A DNA stretch of 64,000 nucleotides from Tubiluchus corallicola (lineage: Eukaryota; Animalia; Priapulida), in assembly GCA_030141605.1 (NCBI GenBank), contig JAQGDQ010000499.1:98671-162670 (forward strand). The letters run 5' to 3'. Below are positions 27,601 to 39,600 of the stretch, one piece after another (the first letter of the stretch is position 1; every line of letters begins with the position of its first letter). Made by a program: the position numbers and the translations under genes. Below the pieces are notes generated by a model that saw nothing but the letters and a program-made list of their open reading frames with translations, ran no database searches and was not told the DNA's origin.

Positions 27601-30600
27601 TATCTCTTTATAATGCTCCAATAAAACATGATTAATAAAAGAATCTCTAATAAGTTTTGAAGAATGGTTAAAATGTACAGATAGATCTAGAACTAGAGAA
27701 AGGATAGCGAAAAGACTATAAATTCACTCAGTCTGCTATCCTTTCATCGTTGTAGTCATCATGATCGTTGTCACTGTTATTGTTGGCTTTCAGTGGTAGC
27801 AAAATTTAATCAAGTCGTTTATTTACTGAAGTCTAGTTTAGTTTATGTTAGTTAGTTAGTTAGTTACTCAGTTAATAAGGTAATAAGGTACAGTACATTC
27901 ACACAGAAGGTGCACTTATGATGTTCCAGTTGAGCATTACTGTACGACTTGTATTATTACTAATGCAAGGTAAATAAATCTAGATAGCTGGGGAAATTTA
28001 CGCTATGATAAAGAGGTGAAGGCCAAAGTACAACGCAACTTTAGTAAAAAATTGTGGTGCACGGAGAGAATACATTCGCGTATAAAACAATAAAAACAGC
28101 TACACAAACTACCTGTAATTTAAGACTGTGAATGTCAGAGATTTGCCGTTGCCAAGTTAACATTACGTCATTTTATTGGGGTCAGAAACCTTTACTGTTT
28201 GAACTGCGTTCGTTTAATTGAACCCTAACGTTGATAAGGACCTTTGTGTACGGCCATATCACGTTAAAACACCGGTTCTCGTCTGATCACCGAAGTTAAG
28301 CAACGTTGAGCATGGTTAGTACTGAGATGGGTGACCGCCTAAGAATACCAGGTGCTGTAGGCTTGCGGGATGCCCACACTGTATCTCGACACTAGGCGGA
28401 GGAGCTGCAGAAGCAGCCAACGGCTAGATGGCGGAGGAGTTCAAGTGACCCAACGGCCATGTGTAGAGGAGTAAACCTTCCAAATCAGGAGTGGAGCCCA
28501 GGAGGTGGACCAATGCAGCATGCTCACTGACTCCGGCAGCTCCTGCAGCCAACCTGGTGCCAAACGTATCGCTCCGCTTTCCTTTGGACCACCAGGGAGG
28601 AAGACAGGGGGTTCCTGTTGTCTGGGTAACTCAGGATCTCCATACACCTCGATCAGGAGTGCGCCCTGGAGATGCCACTCCAGTGGTTCAAGGATCGGTT
28701 TGCTCAGCCACAGTCGATGCTATGTGATCAATAATTGACTCTCTTGGCGCACACTCCATTGTCTTCCGAGACAGAAGGATGCCAACAACAACACCAATGT
28801 TTATAAGTCCGTCACCCCTTCCACAGCTCGATCCAAAGAAATCTGAATTAGACGCGATTCTGATGGTCAATCATTAGTTTTGCAAATCACAGTCGAGTAT
28901 GATGCATGCTGGGTTGCCTTGTTTTAATTTTGGTCAAGCACACAAGAAACTTTCATTATAATCATGAAACAGTCTGTATCCGTTTGAAGACCTTCATAAT
29001 CCGTCACTAAATAACAGGTTGTCAATTTGTTTTTTTTATGGAAAATCTATTTGGTTCCTGTTATTTTTCAACTGTTTTTCTTTGTCGGTGACAGTTGTAT
29101 GATCCTATTCCCTTTGGCTCACCATTTTATGATCTTCATTCAATTTGGCTTACCATTTTATGATCTTCTTTTCTTTGGTTCATCTTGTATGATCTTCTTT
29201 CTCTTTGGCTCACCATTGTATGATCTTTTTGCTCTTTGGCTCACCATTGTATGGTCTTCTTTCTCTTTGGCTCACCATTGTATGATCTTTTTTCTCTTTG
29301 GCTCACCATTGTATGGTCTTCATTCTCTTTGGTTCACCATTGTATGATCTTTTTTCTCTTTGGCTCACCATTGTATGGTCTTCATTCTCTTTGGCTAACC
29401 ATTATATGATCCTGTTCTCTATAACTAACCATTGTATGCTTTTCTTCCTCCTTGGCTCACCATTGTATGATCTTATTCTCTATGACTAACCATTGTATGA
29501 TCTTCTTTCTCTTTGGCTCACCATTGTATGATCTTCATTCTCTTTGACTCACCATTGTATGATCTTCATTCTCTTTGGCTCACCATTGTATGATCTTCAT
29601 TCTCTTTGGCTAACCATTGCATGATCCTTTTCTCTATGGCTAACCATTGCATGATCTTCATTCTCTTTGGTTCACCATTGTATGATCCATGTATTAGTTA
29701 TTTACATAAATCTCAAATCGTTTTTAAATGAGCTTTTTTGAATTTTCTAGCAAGTAACCTACCAGATGATGTTCATCAGTGGGGTCCAGAACATGTTACC
29801 AGTTGGTTGTGCGATTTTTCCTTCAATGTATTAAAGAAACCGGCTTACGAATTCCCACTTGACCGTTTCGTTGGCTTCAATGGTAAAGTTCTGTGCCGCA
29901 TGTCTTTGGGTCAGTTTGTGACCATTCTGGGACCAGAAAATGGACGTGTTTTGCACGGGGAGGTACGAAAGATGGACAAACAAAGTTCTGGTCTCTTGAA
30001 AGGTGAGTTAACAGAATCAGGCTTTAAAGCCTGAGAAAACCCTCCACTTACATAAATCTTAAAATATCGTCTTGAAATTTTGTACCACTTACATATTGCC
30101 TTTTTGCATGCAGGACTTGCGTCGGCAGTAACGATGTAAAAAACATATACATTTAAACTCCTGCGATGACGGTCATTTGAAACAAGTTTAGATAACATTG
30201 TGCAAACTTAATCAAAGCATTCGTAGTGCACGTGTCACTAACTTAGTAAAATTTTAAATTATTGTATCTTATCAATAAGATTAAAAATACGTTTTTGGTT
30301 AGTGAGTGGCGCACCCTGGAGGTGAGTCAACGACATTTTACCAATTGGTGAAAACATTTCAAATAATTAATCATTTTCTTTTCTGGTTACATAAGTCTTT
30401 CCAGCAGGTAAGCGAAATGTTAAGTAATATAATTTTGCATGGAAAATTTTTTTGGGACAGAATTTAACATTGCCGTTTCTTCCCCTGATTTACGTTGTGC
30501 ATATATGACGTCATGTAATGGTGCCGTCGGTAAAGTATCGCTGAAATTTAGAATGAAAACAAACAAAAATTCCTTTCAACGCGAGTACGATATACGCATA

Positions 30601-33600
30601 AAATTGCTATAAAGTAATATAATTTTTTAATGCAATTTTTCTGAAACCTACTTAAGGTACCCCTTTCTTGTGCTTTAAGATACATTGTTATAATGTCTTT
30701 GTTCTAGTGTGCTTTTCTACAGTTTCTGCTTGCTCAGCTTTTTTTAACTTTCTACCAGAGCATGTATCAGATTTTGTTAATGTTGAACACATAGCTTTGT
30801 TTGCAAATTTAAGTTGAGCGTTGGGGTAAATGAACTGCTGCAACGAAATGTTTGCAGAGGGTTTTTATATTTTATTTACAAAGCTATGTCAACGGACCTA
30901 TGATTAATCCCTTGAAAATATCTTATCCCTGGAAAAAGCAATAATGTTTACATCACCTACTGTTTGTAATATTGCACAATAGATTAGATTAGATTATTTT
31001 CACAACACGTCACTTGTTTTCAGAATATAAGACATTTTAATTCAAAAGCAATGAATGTTGTGGGGAGAAGGGAGGAGAATAGCTTTCGTACCATTCACCC
31101 AAGTGTGGAATTACACGTATCGTAGCACAATCAAAGGATTATATATAAAAACTTACATGACTACATAAAACATGCAAGTAGCAAAATCAATTATTCATGT
31201 GAAAACCTTTAGAGCGACTTCAGATTAGTATACGCCACGGAAGACATCAAAGTCAAACATTAACAGTAACTCCAACATAGTAATGACCTAAGTTGAAAAC
31301 ATACATGAACAGTGACTATTGAACATTAATAAACTAAGTCAAAACATACTTTAATAGTGACTTTTGAACATTAATAAGCTAAGTCGAAACAGACATTAAC
31401 AGTGACTTTTGAACATTAATAAGCTAAGTCAAAACAGACATTCATAGTGACTTCAGAACGATAATAAGCTAAGTCAAAACATACTTTAACAGTGACTTCA
31501 GAACAGTAGTAAGCTAAGTAAAAACAGACATTTACAGTGACTTCAGAACAATAATAAGCTAAGTCAAAACAGACATTTACAGTGACTTCAGAACAGTAAT
31601 AAACTAAGTCAAAACAGACATTTATAGTGACTTTTGAACAGTAATAAGGTAAGTCAAAATAGACATTTACAGTGACTTCAGAACAGTAATAAGCTAAGTA
31701 AAAACAGACATTTACAGTGACTTCAGAACAATAATAAGCTAAGTCAAAATAGACATTGACAGTGACTTCAGAACAGTAATAAGCTAAGTCAAAACAGACA
31801 TTGACAGTGACTTCAGAACAATAATAAGCTAAGTCAAAATAGACATTTACAGTGACTTCAGAACAGTAATAAGCTAAGTCAAAACAGACATTTACAGTGA
31901 CTTCAGAACGATAACAAGCTAAGTCAAAACAGACATCAGTGACTTCAGAACAGTAATAAACTAAGTCAGAACAGGCATTCACTATTTACACAATAGTGAA
32001 AAAATATTTCATATTTCCACGGATTATTGGGTAAAGAAATATCGCTCCCTACCATAGGCTCGAGGAACGTTATAGGAGCCAGAGAACCTCAAATTTGACA
32101 TGATTAGATAGCAAAGGTAAAGGTGTGTAGAACTTGCTGTGTAATATTGTGTTGCAGTGGTGGCTCGTAGCTAAAATTAGTGTGGGGGGGGGTGCTGCTT
32201 CAAAAATTTTTTAGCCATTGTTTTAACACTGTATAAAACGTAACAAACACGTGTAACCTTAGTGTTGTAGTTACATTTGAAGATCAGGCGCCTCTTTTCT
32301 TAACTGCAACTTTCTCATGGAGAGACAACTGTGAAAAATTAAGCTGTTGTAGTTCACTTACAGTCAGAGAACTTATTTCTTGGGGTGCAAGGCGTTCATT
32401 ATTAAACAATTTGTTTTATAAATAAATAAATAAGTAATGTTTTAAGCGCACACACTGAGTTTACATTTTGTAATATCCAAGAATATGACAGTACTCGGTA
32501 AGCACGTGGCAATTGTTACTGTGATAGAGACAGTACTTTTCTACCTAGCAGCAGACGCTAGCGTACAGCATGTTATCTCAGACGTGTGCGCGTGGCCGCA
32601 TGCGCACAACAGGTCCAAACACTACGTTGCTTGTGGGCTGTGAAGCAAATTGTACTTCCCTCACGTGCTCCGGACAAGTGTAAAAAAGAACTAAAGAAAA
32701 AAACTTATTATATGAATATTACCGATAAAAATGAGTGAAAACAGGCGGCGCTGCAGTACCAAATACTTATACATACGCTCACATGCACGCTGAGTAAACC
32801 TTGTCAGCTTGCAAAGTATTGAAATGAATAAAAAATTGAACATGCCTTTCTTACAGACTTTTGCAATTCTCAAAATTCTCCGTCTGTCTACACGAAAGAC
32901 TCCACCGTCGCTGGACAGAGATTCAACTGCCAGGCTGCGCATGCGCAGACCACGAAATTGCCAACATTTAATGAATCGTTTTGCACAAAGAAGAATCTAA
33001 ATGATAAAAGTAAGTCGAAATAAAAAAATCGATTTTTACTGATTTTTAATCTGCCAAACGAGACTTATGAGCTATGACGAACTATGCCATGCCACCTGAC
33101 GAACTATGCCATGCCACCTCACGAACTATGCCATCTCATTTGTGAACTTAACCTGTGTAATACATGTAATATACAAGTCAGCAACGCCAAACTAGGTCGG
33201 TAAATGGATTGGTGGCTAACTAGAAAACACCTCTTTCACCTCAGCCTTGAAGAGTGTATTGTATAATAAAATATGTTCCAGTCGTGCTACAAACATCTAC
33301 CCTGTATTCTACAGTAATTTGTGCTACAACGATTAGATTATTTATGAGCTCTAAAATATTTTAAATATTTTAACTATTTATTAAAATGCGTTTTTCATAT
33401 TCATAAAACGTGAGTTTGAAATACAATTGGCGTTTCTTACTGGTTTGTCTTGTTTAAGATTTATGAGTCAGACTTCGAAGAACCAAACTAAGAAAGATTT
33501 TTGATTTCTTACAACAGGGTTTACATGCGTTTTGCAAAAAGAGGAAAAAAACAAAAAACTTTTGCACGTTTTCAGGGCCTAGAATGCCTCGGTTTGACTC

Positions 33601-36600
33601 GGGATCTATGACTGATTTTGACACAGAACGTTGGAATTCAGATTATTCGTGTTTTGATTCAGAGCAACTTCCAATAACAACCTACGGCTTCCCTCGCTGT
33701 GACTCTGAAGGTAAATAGTATAATATAGTTAATTGTTTTCTAATGTTAGAGAAGCTTTGCTGTATAAGTACTATTTTTAGTTGGTCTTTACCAGTTTTGT
33801 TCTAAGAAATAGATATCAATCGAAGGGGGGAAAACTGTCTATAAAAATTCCATTGAACAAGGTTAATAATTTTAATCATCTACAAGCTCGACAGACAAAC
33901 AACTCCGCTTGTACAGCTCCGCCCACACTGAAACGGCTCCACTTGTACAGCTCCGCCCACACTGAAACGGCTCCGCTTGTACACAGCTCCGCCCACACTG
34001 AAACGGCTCCGCTTGTACAGCTCCGCCCACACTGAAACGGCTCCGCTTGTACAGCTCCGCCCACACTGAAACGGCTCCACTTGTACCAGGGGCGTCGTGC
34101 ACCCAAAAAAATTGGGGGGGGCGACTATAATGGCGGATTTTAACTGTTTAAATTTGAATTTTAAATTTTAAAAATTTAATTTTGAAAAAAAATAAACAGT
34201 ATTTTGCATGCAAGAAAAACGATTTATTTAACATGGTATTTAACTTAAAGCTATAGCAACGGAAACTTAATTAAAATTAAAAGTATTTATCAGCTGTCAG
34301 GAATCCGACGCAGAACTATCGACGCAGAACATCACTCCAGAAGAGCTCAACCGCTGTGTAAAAAAGTCGGAAATAAATTTGCTTACTGGTCTCATTACGA
34401 GCCGCTGACGCCCTTCAAATTTTTGACATTTTCTAAAAAAAATTGGGGGGCCCAGGCCCCCCCGGGCCCCTATGGCACGACGCCACTGCTTGTACACAGC
34501 TCCGCCCACACTGAAACGGCTCCACTTGTACACAGCTCCACCCACACTGAAACGGCTCTGCTTGTACACAGCTCGGCCCACACTGAAACGGCTCCACTTG
34601 TACACAGCTCTGCCCACACTGAAACGGCTCTGCTTGTACACAGCTCCGCCCACACTGAAACGGCTCTGCTTGTACACAGCTCGGCCCACACTGAAACGGC
34701 TCCACTTGTATACAGCTCCGCCCACACTGAAACAGCTCTGCTTGTACACAGCTCCGCCCACACTGAAACGGCTCCGCTTGTACAGCTCCGCCCACACTGA
34801 AACGGCTCCGCTTGTACAGCTCCGCCCACACTGAAACGGCTCCGCTTGTACAGCTCCGCCCACACTGAAACGGCTCCGCTTGTACACAGCTCCGCCCACA
34901 CTGAAACGGCTCCGCTTGTACACAGCTCCGCCCACACTGAAACGGCTCCGCTTGTACAGCTCCGCCCACACTGAAACGGCTCCACTTGTACCAGGGGCGT
35001 CGTGCACCCAAAAAAATTGGGGGGGGGGACTATAATGGCGGATTTTAACTGTTTAAATTTGAATTTTAAATTTTAAAAATTTAATTTTGAAAAAAAATAA
35101 ACAGTATTTTGCATGCAAGAAAAACGATTTATTTAACATGGTATTTAACTTAAAGCTATAGCAACGGAAACTTAATTAAAATTAAAAGTATTTATCAGCT
35201 GTCAGGAATCCGACGCAGAACTATCGACGCAGAACATCACACCAGAAGAGCTCAACCGCTGTGTAAAAAAGTCGGAAATAAATTTGCTTACTGGTCTCAT
35301 TACGAGCCGCTGACGCCCTTCAAATTTTTGACATATTCTAAAAGAAATTGGGGGGCCCAGGCCCCCCCGGGCCCTTATGGCACGACGCCACTGCTTGTAC
35401 ACAGCTCCGCCCACACTGAAACGGCTCCACTTGTACACAGCTCCACCCACACTGAAACGGCTCTGCTTGTACACAGCTCGGCCCACACTGAAACGGCTCC
35501 ACTTGTACACAGCTCTGCCCACACTGAAACGGCTCTGCTTGTACACAGCTCCGCCCACACTGAAACGGCTCTGCTTGTACACAGCTCGGCCCACACTGAA
35601 ACGGCTCCACTTGTACACAGCTCTGCCCACACTGAAACGGCTCTGCTTGTACACAGCTCCACCCACACTGTAACGGCTCCACTTGTATACAGCTCCGCCC
35701 ACACTGAAACAGCTCTGCTTGTACACAGCTCCGCCCACACTGAAACGGCTCCGCTTGTACAGCTCCGCCCACACTGAAACGGCTCCGCTTGTACAGCTCC
35801 GCCCACACTGAAACGGCTCCGCTTGTACAGCTCCGCCCACACTGAAACGGCTCCGCTTGTACAGCTCCGCCCACACTGAAACGGCTCCGCTTGTACAGCT
35901 CCGCCCACACTGAAACGGCTCCGCTTGTACACAGCTCCGCCCACACTGAAACGGCTCCGCTTGTACAGCTCCGCCCACACTGAAACGGCTCCGCTTGTAC
36001 AGCTCCGCCCACACTGAAACGGCTCCACTTGTACCAGGGGCGTCGTGCACCCAAAAAAATTGGGGGGGGCGACTATAATGGCGGATTTTAACTGTTTAAA
36101 TTTGAATTTTAAATTTTAAAAATTTAATTTTGAAAAAAAATAAACAGTATTTTGCATGCAAGAAAAACGATTTATTTAACATGGTATTTAACTTAAAGCT
36201 ATAGCAACGGAAACTTAATTAAATTAAAAGTATTTATCAGCTGTCAGGAATCCGACGCAGAACTATCGACGCAGAACATCACTCCAGAAGAGCTCAACCG
36301 CTGTGTAAAAAAGTCGGAAATAAATTTGCTTACTGGTCTCATTACGAGCCGCTGACGCCCTTCAAATTTTTGACATTTTCTAAAAAAAATTGGGGGGCCC
36401 AGGCCCCCCCGGGCCCCTATGGCACGACGCCACTGCTTGTACACAGCTCCGCCCACACTGAAACGGCTCCACTTGTACACAGCTCCACCCACACTGAAAC
36501 GGCTCTGCTTGTACACAGCTCGGCCCACACTGAAACGGCTCCGCTTGTACAGCTCCGCCCACACTGAAACGGCTCCGCTTGTACAGCTCCGCCCACACTG

Positions 36601-39600
36601 AAACGGCTCCACTTGTACACAGCTCCGCCCACACTGAAACGGCTCCGCTTGTACACAGCTCCGCCCACACTGAAACGGCTCCGCTTGTACAGCTCCGCCC
36701 ACACTGAAACGGCTCCGCTTGTACAGCTCCGCCCACACTGTAACGGCTCCACTTGTATACAGCTCCGCCCACACTGAAACAGCTCTGCTTGTACACAGCT
36801 CCGCCCACACTGAAACGGCTCTGCTTCTACACAGCTCTGCCCACACTGAAACGGCTCCGCTTGTACACAGCTCCGCCCACACTGAAACGGCTCCACTTGT
36901 ACACAGCTCTGCCCACACTGAAACGGCTCCGCTTGTACACAGCTCCGCCCACACTGAAACGGCTCCGCTTGTACACAGCTCCGCCCACACTGAAACGGCT
37001 CCACTTGTACTCAGCTCTGCCCACACTGAAACGGCTCCGTTTGTACACAGCTCTGCCCACACTGAAACGGCTCCGCTTGTACACAGCTCCGCCCACACTG
37101 AAACGGCTCCACTTGTATGCAGCTCCGCCCACACTGAAACGGCTCCACTTGTATACAGCTCCGCCCACACTGAAACGGCTCCGCTTGTACACAGCTCTGC
37201 CCACACTGAAACGGCTCCACTTGTACACAGCTCTGCCCACACTGAAACGGCTCTGCTTGTACACAGCTCCACCCACACTGAAACGGCTCCACTTGTATAC
37301 AGCTCCGCCCACACTGAAACAGCTCCGCCTGTACACAGCTCCGCCCACACTGAAACGGCTCTGCTTGTACACAGCTCCGCCCACACTGAAACGGCTCCGC
37401 TTGTACACTATAATTAAGCTATAATCAACCTATAATTAACCCATAATTAACGCATAATTAACCTATGATTAACCTATAATCAACCTATAATTAACCTATA
37501 ATTAACCTATAATTAACTCATAATTCACCCATAATTAACCTATAATTAACCCATAATTAACATAATTAACCTATAATTAACCTATAATTAACTTATAATT
37601 AACCTGTAACTAACCTATAATTAACATAATTAACCTATAATTACCCTATAATTAACTTAGAATTAACTTGTAATTAACCTATAATTAACCGCAAATTAAC
37701 CTGTAATTACAAATTTCTGATTTAGGTGATGATTCTTATGCTACATCTTCTCCGTCCGCATCTCCTGCCACAAATTACGACTGCGAATTTCCTCTGCCTT
37801 CCTCTTTTAATTGTGGATCTAATAACGAGTTCCCGTTCGCTTCATACACTGACTGCAAGACTGACGATTACAGCAGCTGCAGGGGTGACGGAAGCGAACG
37901 ACAGAAAAACGATACCGTAATCAGAAATAAACGACGTAAGTTTTTTAAATACTTAATATATATATATATATATACTCGTTAATTTGCTGATTTTTTTTTA
38001 CAAATGTTGATGATAGTACTTTCACACGTTAGTAAGTGGATTAAAGGAAAACGACGATTTTTCATACACTGTCCCATTTTGTACTACGGTAACAACTATA
38101 CATTTTTACACCTGTAATAATAACACCAGAGCGGTTTTCATAACTAAACAATATGCTAAAAAAATTTAAATAACGGCCGGCGAGCCCAACTAGTGATGAC
38201 GTCACAACTGAACATAATTTTTTTCAACATTTCATCAGCGTGTTGCACGCGTTTGTGCAAGCGAAAATTGAAGTATGTTTCTACTTCGATGTGATTTCCA
38301 AAACTCGGCAAATTCTAAGTTTAAGCTGTGCTGTGCTCAAGCATGAGCACTCGAACGTGTGCACTACGTCACAACCGAACAACTCTAAACTGAAAGGAAC
38401 AGCGCTTGTTTTAGCGCAGCGCGGTCAATCTAACTAGCGAATGACGAATTGCACGTAACGACGAAAAATTAGCCGCGCCAACGCATAACTAGGTTTTGTA
38501 GAGATAATTTTTTGTGTAAATCATTCTTTAAAAAATAACGTTCTATTTCAATATTCTAAACAGATTGTCTTGAACTATGCTTTAGGACTGGGTCCGATAT
38601 TCACAGACTGAACTAATTAGTTAAAAAACTTAAAGTAAGATTTTGTTCATGTGTATATTTTCAGTATTATACTCATTTGTCACTAAACACGTTAGTGGTA
38701 AAGAAATATACGCTACGTAATGTTTTTATTATGTTACAGTACTACTGTATTGGGTAAAAGTGATACATATCGAAACTCATAATCCTAATGTAAAGGGACT
38801 TAAAGCACAAGAAAACACTCCACTCACATAAGGCTTAAAAACTCGTCTTACGTACTGCTCTTTTGCATACAGGACTTGCGGTGGTAGTAACGTTGTAGAA
38901 AACATGTAGATTTAAACTCCCGCGATGACCATTAGATGATGCCATTTTGATGACAGGACATTTGAAACAAGTTTACATAACATTCAGAGCATTCGTAGCG
39001 CACACGTCACTAACTAAGTAAAATTTTAAATTGCTGCATCTTGTCAATAAAATTAAAAATATGTTTTTGGTTAGTGAGTGGTGCACCCTGGAGGTGAGTC
39101 ATCGACATTTCACCAATTGCTGAAAACATTTTAAATAATTAGCTTTCATCTCTAGTAACATAAGTCTTTCCAGCAGGCAAGCGAAATGCTAAGTAATATA
39201 GATGGGACATAATTTAATATTTCCTTTTCTTATCCTGATTTACGTTGTGCGTATATGACGTCATGTAATGGCGCTGTCGGAACAGCATTGCGGAAAATTT
39301 AAAATGAAAACAAACAAAAAATCCTCTCAACACGAGTACGATATACGCATAAAATTGCTGTAAAGTAGTATAACTTTTTAAAGCGATTTTTCTAAAACCT
39401 ACTTTAGGTACCCCCTTTCTTGTCCTCCAGGTGATCTATAATGGAAGCCAGGTTGAAAAGTCCTGCTTATCAAAATAACATTGTTCTTAATATTTTTTCT
39501 GTAGGCAATGCTAGGAAGCTACGCCTGTGGGAATTCATCAGGGATTGTCTCAATGATCCCAAACACTGCCCCCAGTACATCAGGTGGGAAAATGAAGAAG

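Noticed and set aside
28246-28364. Functional 5S rRNA genes (also 1358-1476 and 44862-44951)
   Set aside because: Copies differ from each other, lack an oligo-T terminator, are dispersed, and are always fused to the same body, so they are SINE heads.
33900-37408. CRISPR-like appearance (34-36-bp repeats with interruptions)
   Set aside because: Repeats are head-to-tail with no unique spacers, the interruptions are three copies of one MITE, there are no cas genes, and the context is a eukaryotic intron.
34297-37424. Many overlapping ORFs on both strands
   Set aside because: By-products of the minisatellite; open in most frames with no domain signal.
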